From positions 8,494,001 to 8,558,000 of the forward strand of contig CM022672.1 in NCBI GenBank assembly GCA_012295275.1: a stretch of 64,000 nucleotides of DNA, given 5' to 3'. Each line of letters begins with the position of its first letter. The first letter of the stretch is position 1. Both the position numbers and the translations under genes were made by a program. Source of the stretch: Chrysomallon squamiferum. Taxonomy: Eukaryota > Animalia > Mollusca. Shown one piece after another: positions 27,380-40,710 of the stretch. A model generated the notes under the pieces. It saw nothing but the letters and a program-made list of their open reading frames with translations, was not told the DNA's origin and searched no databases.

Positions 27380-30300
27380 ATGTTGAAATAAAAATAATAC
27401 GTCAGGTATACTGTAAACAAGTAAAAGAATGACTTCAAGTAGAGCTTGTACAATTTGATTATGTCAGTAATGAAATATATCACATCTGTTTTTCTCACAC
27501 CAGTTATTTTTATAGCCACCAAGATGTACACAACAAGTTGACTGTTAAGAAATTACAGGTTCTGACTTGTTCAGTCTGACACAAAAACATCTCACTATCC
27601 TGCATTTCGAACAATCCAATTTGAAGTGTGAAAGTCAAGAAAAACAAAAAGCACAGATACACTTGTTTCATTTGGATATATAAAACAGTTTTACTGAATG
27701 TTTTACAAATGAACTCTGTGGACTGGAACGAGCAATGATTCAAGTGTTTTGAAGACAATGTGTTAATGAGGGACATGTTACTCAACAGGAGAGTTGGGTT
27801 TGGAGTTATGAGCAGTATTGTGGTGTCATCCAGATATAATGTGAGTTGACATATACAGTATACATATCATTTGTAAACAACTTACAGATTGTAACAGTGT
27901 CACATTTAGTATAAAACATCACTATAACTATATCACTAGTTTAACCATTGTCACTCAGACTGTGTAATAACATGAGTTGATGTATTAAATATACAAGAAC
28001 ATCATTATATTAGGCAGCATCATCACATTTTGTATAAAAAATAAGAATGAGAATAGTTTTATTATTTCAGCAGACTGCTGTTATTTTACAATTGATATTT
28101 TTTTAAAAGATCTGTTTTGAAATGGCTTCTTGATTCCTAACAGTATCAATTAACAGGGAAACTATCCACACTGTAATGAATAGACTCAGTGAGGTGTGTG
28201 TGTTTTTTACAACTGTGAAGATATGAGTGTTATGTGGTCACTTTGTTATGAACAGGATGCTATTATCTCCATCAATAACAAACCATCACCATTATTATCA
28301 TTATTTAAATTAAGCCATTTTCATCATGATCATCGTCATTATAATCATCATCATCATTGTGACGGGTATTTGGTAAATGAATAATTCTTCTATATTTTTT
28401 TTTCATTTGTTTTTCTTCTTACAAAAACATAATTTTTATATAATTAATACACCAATATGAAACCTTTTAAAAATTATTATTATTTTTTCAACAGCAATTT
28501 TAAATTATCATGTAAACTGTTTTTATTAGTATTTACATGTAGCTGCTACTAATGGCAATAATTTAAACTATTTATTACATCAAAAAACATGGTCTGGAAT
28601 GGAAAACTAACACCTGGACTCTCCTGTGGGGTACTGAACCTGAGACCCTTGGCTCTTGAGACAGATCACTATAACTTAACTGTCTGTTCTCAAGTAATGA
28701 CTCTTTCCTCATAATACACTGACTAAATCCTTTCCCAGTTACAGATTTAAATGTTTTACTTCACTTCAGTGCAAGCAGATGACTCATTTCTGCTGAATGC
28801 ACTGCTTAGACATGATCACACTAGAGGGAAATGTGACAGACACACAGACAGGCAGACATGATAATGACATACCTCTTCTGACAGGTGGTTGCATCGTTCT
28901 ACAAGAACACGACGTAGCAGATGCGAGTCACCTTCACGAGTCTCAGGTTTTGAGTTCTGTCCAAGAATGAAGTAACAGAATTCTGGGAAAAAAAATAAAT
29001 AAAATAAAATAAAATAAAATAAAATACCATCACACAAAGAGGAACACATCTACTCATATACACACCACATCAAGCACACACACACACACACTGATATGTA
29101 TGTTTGTATACAGGAAAACATATAAAAAATTATATACATTGAACACACAAATATACTTTGTCACATATCACAGAAATACAGTTGTACCTACATACATATG
29201 CAATATACAGATACACACAATATACAAACACACATAAAAACAGAAACACACACACACACTGATAAATACACTGACATAAACGGATGATACTATCACAGAC
29301 AGACACAATATTCTGTATTTACCTGACAGGAGAGGAGCAGAACACACAGTTTTGAGACACCTGGACAGGTACGCTGTAGCAATGATAGCACTTGTCTCAC
29401 ACCTGTAAAATAACAAAAATCTTTTATGTTTAACAACAACAACAACAACAACAACAGTAAAAATAACAAGATCAATAATAAAAATAAAAACAAAAAGAAA
29501 GACACAATTAAAATTATAGAACAGAATAACATAACAAAATTCCATACATTAAAATATATATGTAGTGAATTTATTACTTGAAATCTGCTTGATAGCTGGC
29601 AGTATTGCAAGGGGAAGTAAGTCAAATAGAAACACACAAAAGGGATATCAGGAGTTGCTGTCCTTTATAATCTTCCAATAAGAACAAGACTATATTATAG
29701 TGAGACAGAATTAATTTTCTTTTCAGTTTCAAAATCTCTTATTATGATAAAATAAAACAAGTTTGAATCTTACGTCTGTAAAATACTAGGCTGAATTTTT
29801 CCAGTCAGTAGTTTGTTGTGGATAGTCTTGGCTAAGGCACAGGCAACAAGGGGATTAGCCATTGCAATGAGCTGATCACAGTAGTCAAGCCAGGAGATGA
29901 ATGATGTAAGAGTTCTCTTCCCTCTAAACGACTGGTGGTCTTCTCTTTCTGTTATCACATCCAGTCTACAGATAAACAGATAAATAAGTCAAAATTAAAT
30001 TTAAAAAAAAAAAAGCCTAAAAAACTCAATTTCAAAAAAAATAAATAAAAAAAACGGAAATTTAAAAAACTTAAATAAAATAAAATGAAACAAAATATAG
30101 AAGATATGGTAATATAAATTAAAAATTTCACATAAAATTAAAAATCAGACAGGCTAGCAACTCTGCAAACAGAAATATAAATACAGTACTTATTAGTACT
30201 TCCACATTTGTCTTTGTGTGTGTGTGTGTGTGTGATTGTTTGTTTATGACACTTACCCCCACTTGGCACTGACAGTGTCAATGTCTGTTGGACTGATGAC

Positions 30301-33300
30301 AGTAGGCAGTGCATCATACAACTGACACAACCGTCCAGCGATGTCATCACAGAAGTTGGTGTTGTCACAGATACACTGTGCAGCTGACTGCGTGGGTAAA
30401 CTAGCACACAGCATGAGACCCTCACAAGACTTCACAGCTACCCTGGCATCCTGAAATAATGAATATTTCTCAACTACAGTGCATCCTGGAAATTATAAAT
30501 AATTAATATTTCCTAACCACAGCTAACCCTGGCATCCTGAAATAATGAATATTTCTTTATCACGACTACCCAAGCATTCTGAAAATAATTTGTATTATCA
30601 AATCTGAGCATCTTTTTTCATATCAATAGTTACTAGGTACTTATTATTGTGATATAACAATGGTATATGAGAGGGGATGCTTGCTCAGCACATTATAGGC
30701 CATAAACACTTAAAACATTCCACATTTTGCAACCAACAAACTTTATTAAATATTAATATCCTCAAGGGACACTTTTAACAACTGATAGTTAAATACTAGA
30801 ATTATCTTCTATGAGAAACTCTTCACATTAAAAAAGAGAGACTTTCTACAAAAGAAAAACACTTAAAAGCAGACATACTAACCTCACTGTGTGACAAAGA
30901 CAGCAGTGCTTTGACTAAAGAAAAATCATGAGTTCCTGCAGACAGTTTTGTCTGAATTGTGGTCTGATCTGAGACCTTAGACCCTCTGTTTTGTGACATT
31001 TTCCCTGGTACCTTGATATTAAAATAAATAAATAAATAAATAAATCAACAGGGCTATTGAATGAAACATAATTACTGACAATATACTGTAAGTAGTTTCT
31101 TAATTAATGAGATCAGCACATCTCTTTGCATTAACTGAGAAGTTTCTCTCTTTTTTATGGGAAAAACAAAAAAGTTTTGTTGCTTAGAATTTGTTTATTT
31201 TAGAAGGTTTTTAGAAAATGCAAAACTCTGACGCAAGGAGAATTAAGTGTACTATTTATATTTTCTTTGTTAATATCATCTGTTGTAAACATTTCTTGAA
31301 TCAGTTTAGCTAAATCTCTCAAATCAAGTGCAGATGTTTATTTATCACCCTGAAATAACATGATTTTAACATATACAGTAACTTATAATATCTGAATGTG
31401 AACATAACATACATTGACTGTCTCATAAATACAGATGTAAATATATGTAATAATGATAATACCTCTATGAAAAAGTTAATTAAGTATGGGTCAGTTTTGA
31501 TCTTAGAGCAGACAGTACACAGGTATTCTATCTCTTCTTTCTCTGAGGGTGCTGCCTGTGTTTCGCCACAAGTTTTTACCAATCTCTGAAATAAAAACAT
31601 TTTCTCATTAAAAACTACTTAAACAACATCTCTGTATGATAAGGTATTAATTGTTAAACACGCTTTCATGTGACCATTATTTCTACAGCAGGATATATGG
31701 GCTACAAGACAGCACCAAGTGATAATTTGCCAAGAAAGAAAAAAAAACAAAAAAAAACATACAACTATTTGAACTGAGAACAGGAATTACTGGTTTTTTA
31801 ATCTCGTTAAACATTTTGAAAACTAAATAAAGAGGTTAAAGACAATGATCATAAAGGTTGAATTGTTCTTGAAGCCTGCACAGAACGATATCCAATCAAA
31901 TATTTTCCTAAAATCACACCCACCCATTAACAGGTATTTTTTTTAACTATCTGAAGTAAATATTTTGCACCTGTATGAATGCTGTATCTAACAAATGCAG
32001 TATATATTAAAATGATCATGATACAGGTAAACATATAAGGTATGACTCACCTGTACAGCTCTGTGGACGTTGATGTGAGGGAGGAGTGGATGTTTGATTC
32101 GTGACAGTAGTTTAGTGAAAAATATTAAAACTATCTGTTTCATTCCTGGTGGATGCTGGAATAATTAATAAATAAATTAATAAATTAACAGTTAAATTTA
32201 GTTATTAAACTTATTTATATGTAAATGTTAAGATCTTGGATCTAAAAAAAACCAACAATTTAATAAATAAAAAACAAAAAATCACAACAAATTAAGTTAC
32301 ATTTTTAAAATTAACTTCTACATTTTTAAAATATTAGATGTAAAAATAAAATAATTTAAATAAATAAGAAAATAAATAAACAACAAACTTTTAGTTACCA
32401 TTTGAATTTATATCTAAATGTTGAAAATCTTAGAAGATTAAAATAGGAAATAAATAAAAACAAAAACATAATCAGGTACAATTCAGTTAAGAAAATACAT
32501 TCTGAATGGTAAAAACTTAAAACATACGTCAGTACGACCCAATGTGTAGAGTGTCTCCATTAATTTGTGTTGCAGGACGTATTCCAGACATGGTCCAGTT
32601 GTTCCACTTTCATTTGACTGCTCTTCTTCCTCAGACAAAATCCTCATCATCTGTTCAATGTGAGCTGGAATCTGTGTCTGTTCTATTGGACATCGCTCAT
32701 CTGGTTTATACAAACATTTCAACTATACCAATTGCACCAATGTATGTTCTAATTAACGCAGTGTGAAACATATAATGTATGGTTTTAATAATAAAGATAT
32801 GATACGAGAAAGGAAACCTTTTGCTTTGATACTGTGATTTATGGGAAACTTTTTAAACAATGAATAGCAGGCCTGTTATTCTGTAAAGTCTAATATAGTT
32901 TTAACTAAATTGTTATTATATAATAAATATCATACCTTTACAATTCACAAAATAGCTGGTGACTGCTTTCCAGTGATATACAAACTCTTCAAGCAAAGTA
33001 ATGTCTGGAGAAAACTAAACAAACAAACCAAATAATAATAATATTAATAAATAAATTTAAAAACAAAATTAATCTAATTTTAAAAGAACACTGAGGCTAA
33101 ATGATGACCATGAGCATTTGTTTTCTTAACTGACATTGATAATAATAATAATAATAATAATAATAAAATTTAAAATATTATTATTTTAAAAATTTTAGGT
33201 TCCTATTTCTTGCTTCTTTTTTCTTTCTTTTCATTTTTTTTATTTGTCATTACTATTTATTATTATTATTTTTAATTAATTAATTTACAAGTCATACGGT

Positions 33301-33510
33301 TACAGTTAATATTAAAGATATTTTAATTATTTTGTAGCAAGGCACTTAGGCAGGTGGTTGTTTAATTGTTTCTTATCAAAGATCATGGAAGCTGCATGCT
33401 TCCTGCCAGGAAATAATGATCCGTTTTTTTTATTACTTTTCATTTCAGTTAATGAGCACTCATACCGAATCAACTGCTTGTTGTATAAGTGTACTGAATT
33501 TTGAAAACAT
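7633..33510 (-). CDS. FHIP2A: FHF complex subunit HOOK-interacting protein 2 (FHIP2 / FAM160B family), 17 coding exons, ~864 aa if the exon-11 frameshift is corrected
   Basis: Exons in transcript order: 33466-33510, 32936-33014, 32528-32700, 32051-32155, 31463-31585, 30883-31011, 30257-30450, 29774-29965, 29323-29402, 28873-28982, 20234-20959, 16911-16962, 16343-16433, 15763-15903, 15062-15202, 14597-14700, 7633-7741. All junctions are GT-AG with compatible phases except exon 11. Translation [37 protein letters not shown]...[40 protein letters not shown]...[13 protein letters not shown]...[21 protein letters not shown] matches my recollection of FAM160B1 (N-terminus MFSKFTSILQHAVEAL, C-terminus [16 protein letters not shown]). 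Confidence 0.93.
20395..20615 (-). repeat. Coding 21/42-bp tandem repeat in FHIP2 exon 11 (S/T/D-rich heptads)
   Basis: Translation [63 protein letters not shown]. The DNA word TTGACAGTTTGG recurs at 42-nt spacing. Confidence 0.85.
22075..22320. repeat. Degenerate ~30-bp minisatellite in FHIP2 intron 10
   Basis: (A)ACAGTACAGACAATGTGAGAA-like units recur. Confidence 0.55.
28623..28676 (-). mobile_element. Degenerate tRNA-derived fragment (probable SINE head)
   Basis: The minus strand reads GTTATAGTGATCTGTCTCAAGAGCCAAGGGTCTCAGGTTCAGTACCCCACAGG with a B-box-like GGTTCAGTACC. No complete cloverleaf. Confidence 0.4.
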
Positions 33511-33559
33511 GCTTCTCTGCATGATACAAAAAATCTGACGACAAACAGTAGTGGTTCCA

Positions 33560-33730
33560 CGTCAATTTACCAAACTTCCAAGAACTTGGAAACTTTCTGA
33601 TAACGTAATTTTGTTACCACTACGCCACGAGATATATCACTCTTTCCAACCATCTGTAAGATACCAGTCGTTTTGCTCTCCAATTTCCGGTTAATCGTCT
33701 ACGGCCAGAAGTCTCGATTGACGAGAACGC
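33560..33730 (-). promoter_or_regulatory. Putative FHIP2 promoter / 5' UTR
   Basis: CpG-containing patch directly upstream of the ATG at 33510 in otherwise CpG-poor DNA, including an ETS-like CCGGAA on the minus strand at ~33685-33690. Confidence 0.55.
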
Positions 33731-34209
33731 TTCAGAATAACAATTTTTTATTTGATTTTTAATTATTAGTTATCGGCGAGGTAATTATTTAATATCAACC
33801 CATTCCATGTAGTAATAATAAAAATAAAACAGAAAACTGACAAATGTTTATTTTTTTTTATTTACCATTAGCCGTGCTTTTAGCATGGTAATGCAATACA
33901 TTTTTTCAATTAGTGTACACACATTGGAGAAATAAATTCAATAAATAAATAATGACATATCATTAGTGAAATTAATAATAATAAATGTCTTAATTTTCAA
34001 AAAATTGTTAACAAAACTTATAAAATATGAAAATTAAATAATGATAATAATACATTGTCTTAATTTTCGAAAAATTGTTAAATAAAATGTTATAAAATAT
34101 GAAAATTAAATAAATAATAATACATACATATACATTGGGAAAATAAATAAAAAATAAAAGAATATTAATAACAAATCAAAATCATGTTGGTATCATTACA
34201 TACAGGTGT

Positions 34210-34215
34210 TTTATT
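34210..34215 (-). terminator. Candidate polyadenylation signal (AATAAA) of FNTA
   Basis: TTTATT on the + strand, followed on the minus strand by TGT/T-rich sequence. It implies a ~2.3 kb 3' UTR. AATAAA is common in such AT-rich DNA. Confidence 0.4.
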
Positions 34216-36480
34216 CAGACCAGATAAGTAAACAAACTGATTACATGGTCACACAAGAACCTGCACCCCCAAAAATAAAATAATAAAAATCCAATAAATT
34301 TTAAAAACAACAAAATGCTTTCTGATTTCACTTTGCATCAACATATTCACTGTAATCAAATGTTATTTGGATTACAAGGTCATATCTAATTTTCTCAGTT
34401 TGAAATCATCTCTGGCTTTTTCCTTTTTCTTTTTTTTCTGTCAGAGGAGAATGAAAACTACAGAAATGTAGTGCAGTGATATACATTAACAGTTCAACTT
34501 GTCTGAATGTACAGCATATTGACCACTTAAGTACTGTCCAGTTTGTTGGGATGTAGCCTAAAACTGTTTGCCATCTTTTATATCCAGCATTCTGGCTCTC
34601 TTGTTCAATTAAACAGTTATATAATCTGTATATAAAGACAGCAACAGAATGTCCAGAAATAATATGAGGAGTTAATATTTATAAACTATTAATGCACAAA
34701 AAATGTTCCCTATTTTGTACAATTAACTGAATTAGTGTCACAAACTTGTATGACATTTTATTTAACTAATAAAAAAATAAATAAAGTAAATCTAGAGTTA
34801 GGTCTAATTATTTTAAACCATGACAAACGAACACGTGAAAAAAACATTTCTAATATTGATATGTACACTATATTTCTAAAGTTATTATTATTATGGACAA
34901 CTATTTACTATCAAATTTTTTTAGCATTTAGGATGTCCTTACTCTGAATAACAAGAATCCTCTCGATTAGTGGACCATGGCACATTACTGGAAGAATTCA
35001 GTGGGTTACTGGTCTATCTGAACTCTATCATAAAGAAATCTCACTGAATCATATTTTATTTTTACTGTTCTGACAAAGAATAAAAGACTTATAACTAATA
35101 ATGGCAGTTCTAATCAATTAAATTCTGTAATGCCACAAACTAACATGGTAATATCAGGGAGTATATGGTAAAGACTTTCTGGAATAACTGTATCTGATAT
35201 ATCAACTGTAAAACTTATTTAACTGTCCAGGAACTTTTAGTTTTTAACCACTGTCCAGATAGCAGTTTATACCAAAATGTTTAACTAGATTTACTAGATT
35301 GGAGGTCATGGTATAAAGAGTTAGTCACAGAACACTATCTATCACTGATCAATTTTTGTTTGTGTTAGTCTTAACTTTAGTCTTAAAAGGGTTAACACAA
35401 TATGACAGCAGTGGATTTTAAAGGAAATAGTTTATCAAAATCCTGTTAGCAAAAGCAATTTAAACAATTCTTAAAAGGTAATCAGTGTCTAAATTATTTA
35501 ATAACACAACATCAGTCTTTTTGCTGTCTTGCATATTAAAAATGTGGAGACATGGAAAAAAAATAAAAATAAAACAAAAGTGTAAGCAAAGTTGTAAAGT
35601 ATTAAAATTCAATATTCCTGAGCCATTCATGTCAAAATTTACTCTCTTTGGTCATGTGAAAAATAAATTATGCAAAACATATTTAACAAATTAAAATTCA
35701 TTTGTATTACCTTCCACCAGTATAAAGTGTTATGTCATATGTACATATTTGATTTGGTTTGTTATTTATGAAAAATAAAATATAAAAGTTATATGAATAT
35801 TTTCTCCTGTCAGAATTGAGAAGCATATTTAAAATTCCTATTTAATTTATTTGGTATCTTGTACCTCATATACTGTCACCTTTAGTTTTTAACAATATAA
35901 ATTTAGACTAAAAAGACAAAAATAAAATTTCTGTTTGCTAAAATTGAAAGATAAACTAAAGTAAATTTTTTTTTTTTTTAATTTGACGGATAGAGAAACA
36001 GCAAGATCTATAGGAGTTCTATATCATAAAAATAATTATGACAAAAATGAAAAAAAATATGATGAATGTATCAGCATTTTTGATCACAAAATAAAGATTT
36101 ATGTAAAAATAAAAAATTTTAATGAAAAATTATTTTGTATGGAAAGACATTAGCACAGCATGCATCTTTAACTTAAAACTAAAATGTTGAAAAATTATTT
36201 TTAATGCCTGAATATACTTATTCCTCTGAACTATTTAACAAAGTAAACTATTTACTCTTATGTAATTTCCTTTTTAATCTCCTTTTATATTTTTAGTTAA
36301 AAGAAAAAGAAGAGATAATTAAGGACAAAGGATGAACACACAGCACATGAATGCACATGTTTTGGACAGAAAACTGGAAATCAAATGCAAGAAAAACTTT
36401 GTGTTCAGCAGAGGCAGTGTGAACTTCTCTTGGTCAAGCTGGACAAAACTCAAACAAATGTGTGAGGTTGTGCAGACTTG

Positions 36481-39400
36481 TTATGATTTTAATTCATTCC
36501 CAAACAATGATGAGAGAGATCTGGAAACATACTTCCAGTATTCTCTTCTTATGGTGTCGTACTCGTCTGCCAAAGAATCACACAACTGAAACAGAATAAT
36601 AATAGTTATAATAATATATCAATAACTAAATAAATCATGTAATTAAAAATACTAATCAGTGTAGAAAAGACCTGAAAACTGCTGTTGGATTCTGTTGTTC
36701 AGCTATCTGTGTACTAATATCACCAACACTTTCTATTAAATACATATGGCATTTAAAATGAGATATTTATTTATTTATATACCTCCATACTAACACTTCA
36801 GTTAGGTACATTTGGTTTTATGGTACAAGAATTTAGAAATGTTTAAGAATCTATGTCATCCTAGAGACAAGAATACAAGCACCTCTGATACAAATCAGTG
36901 ATATGATCTGATATTGCTGTACAGGTGATTGGACATCATTTAAGATTTTCAACCACTCTTACTTATTTATGATTTGTAAATACATCCACTCAAAGTTTTA
37001 TTACCATTAGTGTGGAATACAAAATGAGTTCAGACTGGTTAATACTAGTTCAAACTAAACAAACCTCTAAAGCCTTTTTCAGCACTCTGTCTCTGTCCTC
37101 ACATCCAAGTTCTAACATTTCTTCATACGTATCCACCATGCAGGCTATCAGGTATGGAGAACGAATTTGATCTTCATATAGTTTGCAACAAAATTCAATG
37201 AGACCTGGATATTTACTGAGTTCTCGATCTTGCAGAACTCTGAAAACAAATCACAATGAAATTGTTTATTTAACCAGTTTATGTAAAACAACAATTTAGT
37301 CAGTTTACTTTTTAACGAAGAATAAATATATATACAGATCTAAAAAAAAAATAAAGAAAGGAATTCATGTTGAAAAACATCCAGTTATTGACAGTTTTGA
37401 ACCAAAAAAATGTCCTGAAAAACTGAAAATATGATCAGGTTGGAATTAGATTAAAAACTAGTTTAATTGAGAAATACAAACCCTTTCAGATAATTCCAAG
37501 CACTTTCATTGTTTGGAGCTTTCTTTATCATGTCTTGAGCATAGCTAAAAACAAATTATAGAAACAGTAAATCCACTGATTATTCTGATTTCTGTTGCTT
37601 ATTTACTTATGTCTTGCAAATGAACGATAACACCATTTACTGTCAGTGGAAATGTATGATAAAATTGTCACAATACAGAAAAACATATTACTTTCTTGGC
37701 CATAATAGAATACAGGAATGTTAAATACATATAGTTTTAAAAATATACATAACTGAAACAAAGAGACTCACAACAGCATAGTAAATACAGAAGTAATGAT
37801 AAACATAACAAATACAACATATGAAAGGAGCATTAGCTTAGTTATACAGGGCAAAAGCATGAGAAAAAAAAGTATAGAATGACAATCTAGAAACTGAAAT
37901 TTATTTCAGATTTGTGTCTTGAAGTCTAAATGAGTTATTGTATTAAGTTAAGAATTAAAAACTGAACATTAAAATAATAAAATTTTCAAGAGTGTGTTTG
38001 TTGCTCAATCAGAAAAATCACAACAAAAAAACATTTTCTTTTTAAAAAATGAAATTTACCAAGTCAGATGATAAAATACTTACGTAACTTCTCTCTCAAC
38101 AACAGCATCTGTGAAACCAGTTGTATTTTTCACAACAAAGAAACGCTGGTTCCAAGCTGAATTGTTTCTCAAATCATCCTTCAAAAGTCTGCTCACATAA
38201 TCCAGTTCCTGATCCCAGCAACCAAATTCCTGAATCACCCATTGTCTTAACAGAAGACATTGAAAACAAATAAGTTATCTACACATTTAGTAACTAGTTG
38301 TGTTTAGCACAGACATACATAATTTATAATCTTTCACTGTAGATAAATCTTCAGTTTTGTCAAAGATTTCAAAGACTAATGAAATTTCCACTGGAATGTA
38401 ACTAAATTTAAAAAGAGTCATTTTGGGGTTTTAACTTAACTTAACTATGTCCACTAAAATAATACCTGTGCTGCCAAGCATGGTAGTTTTTGGCATCTTG
38501 TCTAAGAATTTTCTCAGTAAATGTAAGCTCTTCTCCTGGGTCCTGTAACCACTCAATCAACACACGACGATGATGCCTACATAAGTAACAATGATTGTCA
38601 AAATATTTCATGCTGGTGAGTAAGTTCTTGTCACTGATTATAAAAACACAACTGAAAATTACAAAATAACTGTGAAAGGGTCCCTATTTATATTTGCATT
38701 GCCATAAAAGAAAGATGTAACATATGATAAACTGAAATATCTAAATCATAAAGAAACCAAAGAAAGAAAACTTTTAGTATATTACAGAGAACTGTTAGAC
38801 TTAGACTCTTACATGAAGGATAAACAAGATATGAAATAGTCTCACAGATGAATAGAAATAAATTTATTTAATATGTAAACAATCTAGTTGATCGTTAACA
38901 TTCACCAAATATGTTCTCTACACATCCCCATTGCTTAAATCTGGCTCAGGCAATTATCAAATTAAGTACAAACATGAGCTCTAACCAAACTTGGTAATTT
39001 TTGGGACTGTCCTCAATAACTCCTGTCACATATCTAAGTTCCTCACGAACATCTTTCTTCAAGTGTTTCAGCAAAATTCTGCGATAGTGCCTGAAATATG
39101 CCGTATCAAAACTTTAATAGCAAAACTGAAATTGTCACTTAAAATGACAGTCCAACCAACATCATCTAATCAACTAAATGGTAAAAGCTATATAAGTTTT
39201 TACAAATGCATTTTGATGAGGGTAATATTATTTTTTTATATTTGAAAATATATAAAAAATAAAGAAAAAAAGAATCATTTAACACTATTAATACATATTG
39301 AGACATCTAATAAAGGTATCAACCAGATTTGTGAGTTACTTACCAAACTGTGTAGTTGGCAGGATTCAGTTCTGCTGCATCCTTTGTGAGTTGTAAAGCT

Positions 39401-40539
39401 CTTTCACTTCTCTCATCTGCAGCTATCACAGCTCGGAAATAGTCATACACATCACGAACTATCAAAACAGAAAATAATAATCACAGTGTTTTTTATTTCC
39501 GTATGATCAACATCATTTTTTTTATTAGTTCAAAAATACTTTACATATTCAATTAGTTCAATATTTATATACAATAATTTTTTTTTAAAAGTAATTGAAA
39601 ATGACCAATACATTCAATGAAAATTAATAAACAGAAATTACCAAAATTACTTGTTATAAAATATATTGTTTCATTAACAAATGTTTCATGAGAAGGTGAA
39701 ACTAAAATTTAAAATAAAATGACAGTATATTGTTCCATTAAAAAATAAAGAAAAAAAAGAAAATAAGAAAGAAAAAAGAAACTGTCAAAACACCATTATT
39801 GTTATATACTAGTAACAAATAGTTAAAAAAAGGAGTTATTTTATATACCACTATGGCACTAATATTTAAAATTTAATCCGTTAACTTGCCGATTTCTTTG
39901 ACGCATTTAGATTAACTCATTAAGGAAGCCTTTCTACTAAAGCCATATAAAAGTGCAATATATGGTTTAAATTGGTAACGGTTTCTTGAAACAGTCACAT
40001 TTTTTATTAATTTTATTAAGTACTAATCCAGTATTCGTAAATATCGTAACTAATAACTAACTATGCCATAGTTAATTAACAAGTCATATCAATATAATGA
40101 ATATGAAATATTATCATTTTTCAACCGGCGTCTATTATAAAATAAACAACAAACCCATAAAACCCTTGAAAGTTTATTTACTGAATTTGTAACGAACACA
40201 ACTTCATGTTCAATGTGTGTTACAGAAAATGTGTACTGGTTTTAACAATACTGCCAAAAAAAAAAAAAAAAAAAAAATCATTTTCCAGGCGGGTCAAGGT
40301 TCCCGCCGAATAGTGAACTTGTGAAGTGTTGCAAAGATCTTACAATAATTTATCAAAGCGTAAATTGGCTTCCAGCCAACAACTCCAGCATTGTTCTTAC
40401 ATTTATCTGAATATGCTATTTGAACGACAGGATTAGGTCCGTCGTCTTGTTCAACTGGTTGAACATCTTTCCACTCCTGCCTTTCCCTGTAAGGAACCCA
40501 CATGGAAGATCCCTCCCCATCGGAACTCCCTTCCGACAT
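36481..40539 (-). CDS. FNTA: Protein farnesyltransferase/geranylgeranyltransferase type-1 subunit alpha, 8 exons, 324 aa
   Basis: Exons 40401-40539, 39344-39458, 38986-39090, 38466-38576, 38084-38245, 37482-37544, 37065-37239, 36481-36585 total 975 nt, are phase-consistent and end in TAA. Motifs: [27 protein letters not shown], the prenyltransferase-alpha repeats [49 protein letters not shown] and [13 protein letters not shown], and the C-terminal [10 protein letters not shown]. Confidence 0.97.
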
Positions 40540-40710
40540 GTTGAAGCGTTGTCAAGTTCAACCGAAAGAGGGCGCTGTGAATCGGATAACTCGATGGTGC
40601 AGAATTATAAATTAGACTGAGCATTCAGTTTTTGTTAGTTCATCTGCCATGACCAGTTCGCTCTAACGTCCGCATAGGGCAAAATGACCACCCCACCCCG
40701 CCGCTGATCA
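40540..40710 (-). promoter_or_regulatory. Putative FNTA promoter / 5' UTR
   Basis: CpG-rich patch upstream of the ATG at 40539, with a GC-box-like CCCCACCCCGCC (~40690-40702) and a CTCF-like CCGAAAGAGGGCGCTG (40562-40577). Confidence 0.55.

Noticed and set aside
28623-28676. tRNA gene
   Set aside because: Only a degenerate partial tRNA-like stretch with no acceptor stem or intact boxes. Treated as a SINE relic.
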